From: a bacterium
Lineage (GTDB): Bacteria > Electryoneota > Electryoneia > Electryoneales > Electryoneaceae
Assembly: GCA_963675295.2 (NCBI GenBank)
Contig: CAXXKJ010000002.1
Coordinates: 2,528,001 to 2,592,000, forward strand
Direction: 5' to 3'
DNA: 64,000 bases
In this document: positions 21,269 to 31,631 of the stretch, one piece after another
Layout: every line of letters begins with the position of its first letter
Position numbering within the stretch: the first letter of the stretch is position 1
The notes under the pieces: model-generated
Told to the model about the DNA's origin: nothing
The model's database searches: none
The model's input: only the letters and a program-made list of their open reading frames with translations
Translations under genes and position numbers: made by a program

Positions 21269-22423
21269 TTGATGATGAACCGCTACAGAATCGCACTCGT
21301 ACTCCCTCTGCTCGTGTTGCTCGCCGCCTGCGGCCCGAAACCGGAACGCAGTGAGTCAGTGCTGGATAATCCGGAATATCACGTCAGCCAGGGCCTGAAA
21401 CACCTGCAGCAAGGCACGTTGGACCAGGCGGAAGCCGAATTCGCCCGCGCCAACGAGCTGGACCCGAAATTCGCCCATGCGTGGGCGGGGATCGCGCTGG
21501 TTCGTGCGCAACAGGGCCAGATTGACGAAGCCGAAGACCTCGCCAACGAAGCGGTCGATAAGTCGAAAAAAGACCCGTTTGTCTGGGCGGCACGTGGCCG
21601 TGTCTACAGCCTGATCACCGAGCCCGGCGACTACGACGGCGACATTGACGATCAGTTCGAAAAGGCTGTCGATCTCGACGCGGACTTCGACCTCGCGTGG
21701 TACTGGTGGGGCCTCGCGAAGAAGCGGGCGTGGGATTTTGATGATGCTGGCGCGAAGTTCGCCCAGGCGATTGCGTTGCGTGGCGAATGGATCGCCGAAG
21801 CAGACGCCGCCTACGCTGAGGTGCAGGACATCCTGCGCGCGGCACCGGCGAGCCGGATCGGAGTGAAAATCGCGCAGGTGGACACGTTGGATCGTGCGGA
21901 TCTGTCCGTCCTGTTCCTCGAGGAACTGAAGCTGGCGGAAGTGATGGAACGGACGATGGGGGTTACGGTCGACCCGAAGTACGTCCCGCCGAAAGACGCG
22001 AACCTGTTGCCGCCGGAGACGGAAGGGAAGGACATGAGCCTGGTTCCGCAGGATGTGCGCGGGCACTGGGCCGAGACTTGGATTCTGCAGGTGATCGATC
22101 TGGGCGTGATGGAGATTGCACCCGACCGCAAATTCTACCCGGATCAACCGGTCACCCGTGGCGAATTCGCCCTGTTCCTGCAGAACATCATGGCCAACGT
22201 GTTACACGACGAAACATTGCCGACGAAATACATCGGTGAGCCGACCCGGTTCAAGGATATGCGCAGCGGAACGGCGACCTACAACGCCGCGGCGTTGGCT
22301 GTGGATCGCGGGTTCATGGACGCCGACATCATGGGCCGGTTCCAGCCGGACGGGTATGTCACCGGGGCGGAGGCGTTACTAAGCATCCGCGCATTCCAGG
22401 ATCATCTGGAGTACGAATTCTGA
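21269..22423 (+). CDS. Lipoprotein with TPR repeats and S-layer homology (SLH) domains
   Basis: Lipobox LLAAC; TPR-like helices; DVRGHWA...FYPDQPVTRGEF and FKDM...FQPDGYVTGAE SLH motifs. Confidence 0.75.
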   Translation: MMMNRYRIALVLPLLVLLAACGPKPERSESVLDNPEYHVSQGLKHLQQGTLDQAEAEFARANELDPKFAHAWAGIALVRAQQGQIDEAEDLANEAVDKSKKDPFVWAARGRVYSLITEPGDYDGDIDDQFEKAVDLDADFDLAWYWWGLAKKRAWDFDDAGAKFAQAIALRGEWIAEADAAYAEVQDILRAAPASRIGVKIAQVDTLDRADLSVLFLEELKLAEVMERTMGVTVDPKYVPPKDANLLPPETEGKDMSLVPQDVRGHWAETWILQVIDLGVMEIAPDRKFYPDQPVTRGEFALFLQNIMANVLHDETLPTKYIGEPTRFKDMRSGTATYNAAALAVDRGFMDADIMGRFQPDGYVTGAEALLSIRAFQDHLEYEF

Positions 22424-22518
22424 CGCTGCTCGGTCTGATGTCGTTTAAGCAGGCACTCCAGTTAGGGTGGCGTTCGATGCTGGTGAGGACTCCGTGAACA
22501 ACCGCGAGAACTCGTCTC

Positions 22519-22547
22519 TTGACACGTTACCCGGGAATGCTTACCAT
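22519..22547 (+). promoter_or_regulatory. Sigma70 promoter of tRNA-fMet
   Basis: TTGACA-17 bp-TACCAT. Confidence 0.75.
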
Positions 22548-22560
22548 TGCAGTCACGCAT

Positions 22561-22645
<85 letters not shown>

Positions 22646-22656
<11 letters not shown>

Positions 22657-22682
22657 AAGAGTTTGGGAGTCCCGTTTTTTGT
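22646..22682 (+). terminator. Terminator after tRNA-fMet
   Basis: ACGGGACTTCCAA/TTGGGAGTCCCGT followed by a T-tract. Confidence 0.85.
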
Positions 22683-22776
22683 TGCCGATTTCCCCGTTCC
22701 AACCATTATTCCAACCTGCGAGGTTGAAATCGGGGCAATCGGAGCACGAATCGGTGCCGTAGTAATCGGACGGAAT

Positions 22777-22980
22777 TTACACCTTGGGATCTATACGTTT
22801 TCCGGCAATCCAATCTTCCACATCCTGAAGATCGTACCGAACGGCACGCCCGAATTTCAGGTAGGGCAATCCCCGATGCTCATGCCGGTGTTTCTGCAGA
22901 GTTTTTGTCGAAATACCTAGCATGGACGCAACTTCACGTTCGGTGATGAAGTTTCTTGGGGGTTTAACTGGCTTCATCAA
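22777..22980 (-). CDS. Excisionase/AlpA-like helix-turn-helix protein
   Basis: ITEREVASMLGISTKTLQKHR...GLPYLKFGRAVRY; AAGGAG RBS. Confidence 0.85.
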   Translation of the reverse strand: MMKPVKPPRNFITEREVASMLGISTKTLQKHRHEHRGLPYLKFGRAVRYDLQDVEDWIAGKRIDPKV

Positions 22981-23032
22981 TGTTTATCTCCTTCAATGCT
23001 GGTTGACCCCCTGAAGTGAAAATGCGGTTCCC

Positions 23033-23296
23033 TTAACCAAGCGCATTGCGTAAGCAAGCCTCAAGCGCTTCTTTCGTGTCCCAGCGAACAACAGCTTCAC
23101 CGGTTTCTGTGTCGATGTAGGTGTTCGAACCGCACAGCACAACGCGCCCTCCCGCCGCTTTCTCCGCAGCTTGTTCATCGCCTCCATGTTTTTGCAGCAG
23201 TGCTTCCCACTCCGGCACGTTCATCAGAATCGGTCCCTGTGGGGATCTTGCTTGTTCCAGCAATTCAAGTCGTCTCCATTGGGACACTTTCATCAC
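23033..23296 (-). CDS. Hypothetical protein (island core)
   Basis: GTGA overlap with the upstream gene, co-oriented. Confidence 0.55.
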   Translation of the reverse strand: MMKVSQWRRLELLEQARSPQGPILMNVPEWEALLQKHGGDEQAAEKAAGGRVVLCGSNTYIDTETGEAVVRWDTKEALEACLRNALG

Positions 23297-23772
23297 GTTT
23301 TCCCACCACGTTCAGCCTTTGCTTCCAGCGCAGCCAACCGTTCTTCAAACTGTTGCGCTTCCAGCGTTCGGCTAACGCCATCCAGCAACGTAGACATCGC
23401 TTGTGCTTCCAATGGCGCCAACAGCCCCGAGGCGACAGCTTCGATGACAGCAGATTTTGCAGCCAGCACATCGGCGGCTGTTTCAACCTTTGGCAGGTCA
23501 AACGAAACCGAGCGTTCTTTTCGTGGCGGCACAAGTCTTTCCAAGCATAGTCGCAACGCTGCAACGTCACCACGAAGCGCCATGTCTACGGCTTTTTGTG
23601 CAAGCTTCTGAGCTTGTCCATCAATCAGGTTTTCAGCGAGTATTGTCGCCCGGTGCTTCGAACCAACAGGACGGCCACCCGGATTGCCGCTTTGGCCGGG
23701 TTTCCATGCCGTCCTGGGTGGCTTCCGTTTCTGGGGTGTCTGTTGACCACCTGTATTAGCAGACTTCTTCAT
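23293..23772 (-). CDS. DUF5681-domain protein (terminase-small-subunit-like helical protein)
   Basis: WKPGQSGNPGGRPVGS motif followed by ALRGDVAALRLCLERL helices. Confidence 0.7.
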   Translation of the reverse strand: MKKSANTGGQQTPQKRKPPRTAWKPGQSGNPGGRPVGSKHRATILAENLIDGQAQKLAQKAVDMALRGDVAALRLCLERLVPPRKERSVSFDLPKVETAADVLAAKSAVIEAVASGLLAPLEAQAMSTLLDGVSRTLEAQQFEERLAALEAKAERGGKT

Positions 23773-23979
23773 CGGTTCAATCCTTTACTTGTTCAACGCC
23801 TACTATCCCGTCCATCTGTCCGCTTCCGGGCTAAGTTGTACTCATATACGACGATAGCCTCGGACAGGCAGTTGTCCGCGCTTGTCCGTTTGTGCATCAC
23901 CACACGGACTGCCCGGGGGTGAAGCGATCTGCAGTTGCGGACAGGGACGGACACGAGGGTGTCCACACGTATCTCAAGA

Positions 23980-25815
23980 CTATGATTCATCATCACCCCG
24001 TTCTGGACAGCCGGACAGGGTATAAAGTCCCTTGCCAGCTTTTTCCACCGAGCCATCTTTGCACAACCGATCGAGCCGTTTGCGTGCCGCGTCTTTACCG
24101 ATATCCAGGTATTCCGCCACATCGGCGGATTTCACAGGTACGCCCAGATGACGAAGTGCATCGACAACTTCCTGCCGTTGTTCGGTCGCCGCCAGCTCAA
24201 ACGCCTTGCCGATAACCTTCCAGCCACCTTCCTCGATGCGATCCAGTGCGTAGGTGTTTTCCGCAACATCGCGGCCCGTGACGTGCAGCAGTGCGCCTTG
24301 TTCGCGTCTTGGATCACGGTTCAGGATGATGATGGTATCTGCTGCACCGGTGAGGCCGTACGTCCCGGAAGCGTCGGCAAAGGGATTGTTGTACGTCTGT
24401 TCTTTTCGGGTGTGATGTACGACGACGACTGCAATTCGTTTGTCAAGCGCAATTTTATGCAACCGCGCAAGCAGATCGGTCTCCACCTGGTAGGGGGTAT
24501 CCCTGCCGGTCTGCGGACCACGGATTCTACCAAGCACGTCAAGCACGACCAGTGTTGTCTCCGGGTGCGTGGACAAGTGGCGGAGGATTTCGTCCTCAGC
24601 ACCCGTTTCCCCGGCGTCACCCTTGATTTTGCCGGTTAACGGGGGAAGGTCGAGTCTGAAGTACAGGTTGGCGGGGGCAGGTGTACCGTCCGCAAGTACG
24701 GTGCGTATGCGTTCCTGCAGCCGACGCTTGCCATCTTCGAAAGCACCGTAGAATACGTGCCCGGGTTCAACTTCTTTCGATCCCAATGCCAATCCGTCTT
24801 TTGCAACAGCAACGGCAATATTCAGTGCGGTATAAGACTTGCCGATCTTCGGCGGCCCAGCAAGGATTGTCAGCCCCTCGGGCAGGATTTCAGGGATAAT
24901 CCATCGAAGCGGTGGAATCTCTTCTTTCATCAGTTCCTCGGCGGTGAAACCACGGTTTCTATCGTTTGGATCAGGGTGATCGCGCCATTCCGGCAGGTGT
25001 TCAGGGTCGAAGTCCAAAGCGCGATTCAGGATGTCGTCCAGCATCTCCGTGATCGCTTGCGGTTCGAGTCCATCACGTGCTCGGTCGTTAGCCCAGTCGG
25101 ATACATCGCCACCCTTGCCTTTGGACGAGTTGAACGGAGGCACAACTCTCACCCGCGCACCTGAATCGTGAAGCTGTTTCGCATGGGTCAGTTGTCGTTT
25201 CAGGCCGGTATCATCGTTATCACATAGGATTGTGACGTTCCTGCCCGCCAACGTCTCCAGGTGATCGTCCCTCAGTTCAGCGATCCCGCCATACGGTGAC
25301 GTGGTGGCAAGCTGAAATCCGAGGCTCTTCATCGTTTCCGCGTCGCGAGCGCCTTCGGTGATGAAGACTTCCGACTCCCGATCCTTTAGCAGCCAGGGAA
25401 GGCCGTAAAGGGGAGGAGTCTCTCCTTTGGGGAGCTTTCGATCCCATTTGTACTTGGCGTTGGGATTATTCACCCGTATCTGTCTTGCGAAAACCGAGTC
25501 ATCAACGCGATGGTAAATGAAAGTTGGTTGGTTCGCAGTCAGGGCTCCCGCACCGTTCAGTTTCGCCTCAGGCATCAGGTCGCGTCTGGACAATCCGAGT
25601 GCAGCAGCGATGCTGTCCTCGGAGCAGTCCTGCGAAAAACAGGTCAGGTGTACGCCACCGGCCTCGTTTTCGACAACGGAACAGGATGTCGGGTTGCTGC
25701 CACCATGCGCAGGGCATGGGAAACGGAAGCCGTTTTTCTGTGGAGTGACCTTCAGACCATTTGCTTCAACGGCTTGCCGGACCTTAGCAAGTGGGGAGTG
25801 TGGGGTGGGTGTCAT
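23980..25815 (-). CDS. Primase-helicase (Zn finger + TOPRIM + AAA_25 ATPase + wHTH)
   Basis: CPAH...CFSQDC; ITEGARDA, LCDNDDTG, GDVSDW; Walker A GPPKIGKS; VVLD; VVHHTRK. Confidence 0.88.
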   Translation of the reverse strand: MTPTPHSPLAKVRQAVEANGLKVTPQKNGFRFPCPAHGGSNPTSCSVVENEAGGVHLTCFSQDCSEDSIAAALGLSRRDLMPEAKLNGAGALTANQPTFIYHRVDDSVFARQIRVNNPNAKYKWDRKLPKGETPPLYGLPWLLKDRESEVFITEGARDAETMKSLGFQLATTSPYGGIAELRDDHLETLAGRNVTILCDNDDTGLKRQLTHAKQLHDSGARVRVVPPFNSSKGKGGDVSDWANDRARDGLEPQAITEMLDDILNRALDFDPEHLPEWRDHPDPNDRNRGFTAEELMKEEIPPLRWIIPEILPEGLTILAGPPKIGKSYTALNIAVAVAKDGLALGSKEVEPGHVFYGAFEDGKRRLQERIRTVLADGTPAPANLYFRLDLPPLTGKIKGDAGETGAEDEILRHLSTHPETTLVVLDVLGRIRGPQTGRDTPYQVETDLLARLHKIALDKRIAVVVVHHTRKEQTYNNPFADASGTYGLTGAADTIIILNRDPRREQGALLHVTGRDVAENTYALDRIEEGGWKVIGKAFELAATEQRQEVVDALRHLGVPVKSADVAEYLDIGKDAARKRLDRLCKDGSVEKAGKGLYTLSGCPERGDDES

Positions 25816-26114
25816 GCTGCCTCCGGGAGGGAATGGTGGTGGGATTGGCCATGGGTGCTGGCCAGGTAGAAGAACCGCAGGACACGGTTCATGATTGGGA
25901 TGGGGTGGAGTACAACCTTCAATTCACCGTGACGGTGCATGGATAGCAGCGCCTGCTGCACGATCTCGGTTGTGAATCCAGCATCACGGAGTTCATGCCA
26001 CAGGCAGGCTTCTCCGGTCAATCTGCGACGTCGCAGTTCATCGCGGATAGCCTGGACACAACGTCGGACTTGTTCGTGGTTCAGGTGATCTGACAAATAG
26101 ATCTGGGAAAGCAT
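25812..26114 (-). CDS. Hypothetical protein (island core)
   Basis: ATGA overlap with the primase start. Confidence 0.5.
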   Translation of the reverse strand: MLSQIYLSDHLNHEQVRRCVQAIRDELRRRRLTGEACLWHELRDAGFTTEIVQQALLSMHRHGELKVVLHPIPIMNRVLRFFYLASTHGQSHHHSLPEAA

Positions 26115-26904
26115 TCGAACGGACCTCGGCGACTACCCTGTCGGGTATGAAGCGTGCCGCTCACCTTGAACGGCATCACGTGCATCGCCTCGAGGTTCGA
26201 CCACCTTGCCTGCGATGCTATGTCGCTTCGCCTTGTTTTCCGTCCGAACTCGTCGGAAGGTGCTCCATCACGAATGTGTCATCCACGGGCCGAAGTGCCT
26301 ACCTGGAATGAATCCATCACGCAGCAGAGGTATGGTTAACGTGACTGAACAAATTTACAGCTCACCACATTGGGATGCAAGCACACGTGGTCGTGCTCGT
26401 CGCATCTCCTGGAGCCATATGGTGTTATCCATAAACAACCAGTGTGCCAATTTCCCATTTCCCATTGCATCACTATCCTTACCTTAATAAAAACAATGGA
26501 TAACAGTCTTCACATCCTGCGAACTGCAGAGAATTGAGATTTACCTCTAGATGTTTCAACGCTGCCAGAGGGGCTGAAGTGTTTACCAATACTGTCAGAA
26601 TGGCAGATGACCGTGTCTGTGGTGCGAAAATAGCGGGCTTCTTGTTGAGCGGAAAGCACGTCGAGAAAATCGGATTCCGAAGAGGGGACGCAAGGCTTCG
26701 TCCGGTTACGGCTCCGCCACACTATCGCGGCATAAGGAAAACGCTACCATCACAAACTTGGACTTCGATTTTAAACACGATACTTCGCGATAGAAGCCAC
26801 GCAGCATACCATTCAAGACACAAACGCCGTCAACGGGTATCCGAAGATACTCCTGACGGCGTTCTTAGAAATCAGCTATCCAGCCCTGACCAATCGCGAC
26901 AAAG

Positions 26905-27270
26905 TTACCTCACCAGCATCGCCTTCTGCACTTCGTCCTGCTTGCCCGAAACAGTGTCGCGGATAAAGTAGAGGCCGCTCGCCAGCGATGATCCGTCGAG
27001 TGTGAACTCGTATGCCCCAGCCGGGTGGCGCCTGATGCCAGCACAGTAATCCACTGCCCGGTCACGTTGTATGCGATCACTGTCAGTTCGGCTGGTTACG
27101 GCAGAGCGATGACTACCGTGTCAGAGAGATTGAACGGGTTCGGGTAAGCAGGGGAGAGTGACCAACTGGCAGGAAGATCTTCAAGTCTGCGTTCTGTCAC
27201 ACCGACATTATGGTGGAAGTAGAACGCGCCGATGTCTGTGATGGTATCGTCAGGACCGAACGGACTTTTC
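26905..27270 (-). pseudogene. Remnant of a T9SS type-A CTD-bearing secreted protein
   Basis: DIGAFYF...WSLSPAYPNPFN...LP*PAELTVIAYNVTGQ [frameshift near 27030] HPAGAYEFTLDGSSLASGLYFIR...VQKAMLVR*; one internal stop and one frameshift. Confidence 0.8.
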
Positions 27271-27456
27271 CGGATCACCATCGTCATTCGACATTGTCTC
27301 GGAGGCAAATCTCAAGAAATAATTTGCTTTTACGGAAACCGCTGCGTACACTGTCATATGACTAAGTCGTTTGATGTTGTCATACGACATAGTCGTACGA
27401 CAGGTCTTCAAAACCGTTAATCCCAGTCACACCTTCAAAAACGGGAGTTTGGGACA

Positions 27457-28275
27457 ATGATTTCTTCTGCAGGAAAGCCCGATTCGAAGGATGGACGTAT
27501 GCCGGTTCAAGATAGTTCTGAGTTGGAAACGCCATTTCAGAGGCCTGCACAGGTGACGAAACCGCATGATCCCTCGACACCTGCCGGGAAGATCTTCTTC
27601 GAAGCGACCCGATTGTTCGCGAAACACGGGTTCAAAGGGGCGAGCACAAGGGCGATTGCCAAAGCGGCCGGTGTAAAACAGGTGATGATCCATTACTACT
27701 TCGGCTCAAAAGAACAGCTGTACGAAGCGGTCTTGAAACACGAAGGCACGACCATGCTGGCGGTCATCTTCGGGGAAAATCCAGAAAAAAAGTCGCCCGA
27801 GGAAATGCTGGTCGACTCTCCGCTCCGTCTGATGACGGTGCTACACGACAATCCGCAATGGGCCTCTCTGTTGAGACGTGAGATTGCGGAAGGTGCTGCC
27901 CACTTGAGGAATGCATTGCGAGACGTTGCAGAACACGGTCCACTTGGTGCCAATCTGCATTTTCACAATGCCTATCAGTTGGCTGTCAAAGAGGGAAAGG
28001 CTGTTGAATTACCGATTGAAGCGGTACGTGAATGCTTGCTGGCTATCGGCTACAGCGCGATTTACCTGGCACCCCTGGTTTCGATGATCAATGAGCGCGA
28101 TATCCATGACGAAACCGTGTGGGATGAGTGGAAACTGACCCTGGGTACGATTCTGAGGCGTGGACTGTTGATTTCCCCTTCGCCATCGCAAGAGGAGGGG
28201 GATAAACTCGACTCGCGAATAGATGGTGCAATTGGTATAGAAACTCCAAGCGTCGATGGCAGATTGAATAAATGA
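27457..28275 (+). CDS. TetR/AcrR family regulator
   Basis: ATRLFAKHGFKGASTRAIAKAAGVKQVMIHYYFGSKEQLY; start uncertain. Confidence 0.9.
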   Translation: MISSAGKPDSKDGRMPVQDSSELETPFQRPAQVTKPHDPSTPAGKIFFEATRLFAKHGFKGASTRAIAKAAGVKQVMIHYYFGSKEQLYEAVLKHEGTTMLAVIFGENPEKKSPEEMLVDSPLRLMTVLHDNPQWASLLRREIAEGAAHLRNALRDVAEHGPLGANLHFHNAYQLAVKEGKAVELPIEAVRECLLAIGYSAIYLAPLVSMINERDIHDETVWDEWKLTLGTILRRGLLISPSPSQEEGDKLDSRIDGAIGIETPSVDGRLNK

Positions 28276-28344
28276 CATTTGACGCTGGATGAGATAGATG
28301 TGATAAACGAATTGAATCTGATCCCGCTAAAAGGAGATAGTAGC

Positions 28345-28458
28345 ATGATCGAGAAATTTGGTTTGTATCCGCTTCTGTCAGGTGCCGTTGCGTTGCTGGG
28401 ACTGTTGCTGTTCGGAACGTGGCTTCTTATGCGTCGTACTGTACTTCATCATGAATAG
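28345..28458 (+). CDS. Small single-TM protein (37 aa)
   Basis: AAGGAG RBS; MIEKFGLYPLLSGAVALLGLLLFGTWLLMRRTVLHHE; below the ORF-track cutoff. Confidence 0.6.
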   Translation: MIEKFGLYPLLSGAVALLGLLLFGTWLLMRRTVLHHE

Positions 28459-28482
28459 GCCGTAGAAGCAGAAGGAGGTTGT

Positions 28483-29172
28483 ATGAAAGCACTAGTGTAT
28501 CGTGGAAAGGGTACATACGCCTGGGAAGATAAACCAAATCCCCCTTTGATAACCGATACGGATGCGGTTATCGCAGTAAAACTGGCAAAGATATTCAGAA
28601 CAAACCCGTCCATATGGGTCGGCGAACACGGTCATGTTAGCGACGGTTTGATTTTAGGAAATGAGGGAGTGGGTGTGGTGCTGGAAATCGGATCCAATGT
28701 TGAAGGCTTCCAGGCTGGCGATGCGGTATACATCTCAGGCACCATTGGATGCGGGAATTGTGGAGCATGCCGAAGCAAGATCTATTCGCGTTGCACTGAC
28801 GGAGAATGGGTTTTCGGAAGCCTGATTGATGGAACACAAGCTGAGTATGTGCGGGTTCCCCAGGCCGACCTGTGTCTGCGCCACATCCCGAAAAAGGCCG
28901 ATGAGGTTGCCACGGTCATGCGTTCGCAAGTATTGCCTGCATGGCTGCGAGACGGGTTTTTTGATATCAACGACAAACTCGGAGATGCAATTGTTATCAC
29001 GAATTGCACACCAAAGGAGCTTGTAGTCGAGAATTGCCAAATCATAGAACATGTTGGAGGATATTATCACCTGTGGGAAGGTGAAAAACATATATACTAT
29101 GGAAAAACCTATGAGAATGACACTACCAACCATATAACGATAGATACATTCCAAAATATAATTGCAGCATAA
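28483..29172 (+). CDS. Truncated/degenerate Zn-dependent alcohol dehydrogenase (GroES domain only)
   Basis: MKALVY, structural CGNCGAC..C, IDGTQAEYVRVP; catalytic Cys/His replaced (FRTN, GNE); no Rossmann domain. Confidence 0.65.
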   Translation: MKALVYRGKGTYAWEDKPNPPLITDTDAVIAVKLAKIFRTNPSIWVGEHGHVSDGLILGNEGVGVVLEIGSNVEGFQAGDAVYISGTIGCGNCGACRSKIYSRCTDGEWVFGSLIDGTQAEYVRVPQADLCLRHIPKKADEVATVMRSQVLPAWLRDGFFDINDKLGDAIVITNCTPKELVVENCQIIEHVGGYYHLWEGEKHIYYGKTYENDTTNHITIDTFQNIIAA

Positions 29173-29425
29173 GAAAAATAGTATCTGCTAATTTATATAG
29201 ATGGTTGATAATAATAAAATTAAAAGAGTGTATTAAAAGTGATTACGTGAAAAGAAAAGCGCATATGCCGTGCATTGTAGCCTCTTTCAAGAATGAGGAG
29301 TCGCTACATTCTTTACCATCAATCTTTATTCTCGCCAACATTCATAATCCGCGAGATAACGGTATTGCAAAGGAGTGTGCGCGCCAGTAATACAGCACAG
29401 CGCACTCAACGTATTGGAGATTAGG

Positions 29426-31060
29426 ATGAAACGTTTTGGATTGATTTGTCTGTTGGCAACGGTTGCGTTATTCACCTTCCAGGTTGCTGACGCACAGTTT
29501 GTTACTCCCGGTTGGGGCTACGGTATCGAAGGCGGCATCGCAAAGGGTGCCAATGGCGGCCCTGAAACGTGGCAGCCGCAATTCCGCGGTTATTTGCAAA
29601 ACAGCATCATGTCACAAATAGGTATACAGGTTGGCTTCAGTTACACGGAACTTCAAGCGACGAACATCTATTCAACGCAAACCGCAATGTTGGATGCGCG
29701 ACTTCTGTTCAGCCCCTTTCAGTTCATGAGCTCCTACCCTTATGTATACGCTGGCGCGGGAGTTTCGAAAGACTGGGGTGGTGCTGCATCAACAGAATAC
29801 TTACCGGTGATACCCGTCGGGCTTGGACTTGAAACCGCCATCGGGCAGGGACTCAGTCTGCAGTTGAACGGCGGCTACAACCTGGTCCTGTCCGACGAAC
29901 TGGATGGCCGTGTCCGCAACGATAACAACCTTAACAGCATCACAAACGGCCAACAGGATGCCTACTACAATTTGATGGTCGGTTTGGTTTACTCGGGTCC
30001 GATCAAACTGCTCGATCCTGATCGTGACGGATTGGACAGCAAGGACGAGAAACTGTACGGCACGAATCCGGACAAAGCGGATACGGACGGCGACGGACTC
30101 AACGATGGCGAAGAACACAACATTCACAACACCAATCCGCTTCTTGCCGATACGGATAAAGACGGCTTAAGCGATGGTGATGAGATCAACAGGTACGACA
30201 CAAATCCACTGGTTGCTGATTCGGACAAGGACGGCCTGGTCGACGGAGAAGAAGTGAATCTTTATCACTCGAATCCGAAGATCGCAGACAGCGACAACGA
30301 CACCCTGGCTGATGGGATGGAAGTCAAGCAGTACCGAACCGATCCGATGAAGTCAGATACGGATGGCGACGGTCTCAGTGACGCGGATGAAGTCAACAAA
30401 TACAAGTCCGATCCTGTCATGGCAGATAGTGACAACGATGGTCTGAATGATGGTAGCGAAATCGCCTACCACTCCAACCCACTGGTTGCCGATACCGACA
30501 ATGACGGTTTGAGTGACGGTGACGAGGTGAACCGGTACAAAACGGATCCGTCCAAAGCCGACACTGATGGCGATGGCCTGAGCGACGCGGACGAGCTGAA
30601 CAAACATCACACCAATCCGCTGATGGTTGATTCCGATGACGGTGGCATGAATGACGGTGCCGAAATTATGGCGAAAAGGAACCCGCTTGACGCAAAAGAC
30701 GACCTTTTCGACATGTCAAAAGGCACAAAGATCGTTTTGAACGGGATAAACTTTGATACGAACAAGTTTGCCGTTCTGTCAACATCTGAAGGGACGCTCG
30801 AAAGGGCCAGGGCTTCCATGGCAGCCAACCCGGATGTGTCAGTGACACTCTCGGGCTATACGGACAGCGTTGGAAGTGAGGACGCGAACCGGACCTTGTC
30901 GCTGAAACGTGCTCAGTCCGTCAAGGATTGGCTTGTTGCACACGGTATCCCGGCGAGCCGGATCAAGGTGGTTGGTATGGGCGAAGCGGAGCCTATCGGA
31001 TCCAACGACACCGCCGAAGGTCGTGCGCAAAACCGACGGATGGAATTCGCCGTTCTATGA
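29426..31060 (+). CDS. OmpA family protein: beta-barrel + ~10 Ca-binding TSP3-like repeats + OmpA-C
   Basis: Signal peptide MKRFG...ADA/Q; DxDxDGLxDxxE...TxP repeats of ~23 aa; GYTDSVGS..N..LS.KRA, GRAQNRR. Confidence 0.9.
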   Translation: MKRFGLICLLATVALFTFQVADAQFVTPGWGYGIEGGIAKGANGGPETWQPQFRGYLQNSIMSQIGIQVGFSYTELQATNIYSTQTAMLDARLLFSPFQFMSSYPYVYAGAGVSKDWGGAASTEYLPVIPVGLGLETAIGQGLSLQLNGGYNLVLSDELDGRVRNDNNLNSITNGQQDAYYNLMVGLVYSGPIKLLDPDRDGLDSKDEKLYGTNPDKADTDGDGLNDGEEHNIHNTNPLLADTDKDGLSDGDEINRYDTNPLVADSDKDGLVDGEEVNLYHSNPKIADSDNDTLADGMEVKQYRTDPMKSDTDGDGLSDADEVNKYKSDPVMADSDNDGLNDGSEIAYHSNPLVADTDNDGLSDGDEVNRYKTDPSKADTDGDGLSDADELNKHHTNPLMVDSDDGGMNDGAEIMAKRNPLDAKDDLFDMSKGTKIVLNGINFDTNKFAVLSTSEGTLERARASMAANPDVSVTLSGYTDSVGSEDANRTLSLKRAQSVKDWLVAHGIPASRIKVVGMGEAEPIGSNDTAEGRAQNRRMEFAVL

Positions 31061-31202
31061 TCGTTAAACTATAGATAATAATAACAGTCTTATATGTCAC
31101 TTAAAGGGGAGATGCACCGGACGTTTTCAATGCTCATGCATCGATATCTGGTAGTATCTCCCCTGCTTAATGGTCGACTGCGCCCAAACGAAAGGATAAA
31201 AC

Positions 31203-31355
31203 ATGTTTTGGATACTTGCAACACTTCTATTTTTCCTCTGGTTCATAGGGTTAATCACATCTTATACAATGGGGGGATATATCCATATAATTCTTATTTT
31301 AGCGGCAATATCTATATTAATTATTTTATTTAAACGGAAACGAATATTATCTTAA
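31203..31355 (+). CDS. lmo0937/DUF5670-family small membrane protein (50 aa)
   Basis: AAAGGA RBS; MFWILATLLFFLWFIGLITSYTMGGYIHIILILAAISILIILFKRKRILS; missed by the ORF track. Confidence 0.75.
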   Translation: MFWILATLLFFLWFIGLITSYTMGGYIHIILILAAISILIILFKRKRILS

Positions 31356-31631
31356 AATATTTAATGCAATTTAGTTAGCATTAATTATATATTTTAAATT
31401 TAATCTATGGAATACGGACTTATAACTAAACTCACTAGTTGGTTTAACGAGATACATATAGTGATAACACATACGACTTGCTGACATGCAAGCAGGTTGC
31501 ATCAATCAAAACGATTTGTCGGTAGCAGTGAATAGGCAAAGCAGGCTCGTTACAAGCGGTGAGACAACAAAAAGCCGTCAAATCGTTTTATTGGCTACTG
31601 ATCACAGCCTTCAAGTAGAAAGGGATATACC

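Noticed and set aside
26150-26900. Short ORFs upstream of the island replication module (expected repressor position)
   Set aside because: No HTH or other recognisable motif in any frame; left uncalled
30010-30700. Regularly spaced ~69-bp repeats resembling an array
   Set aside because: In-frame degenerate TSP3-like protein repeats within ompA; no identical repeat/unique spacer pattern. No CRISPR array seen in the window
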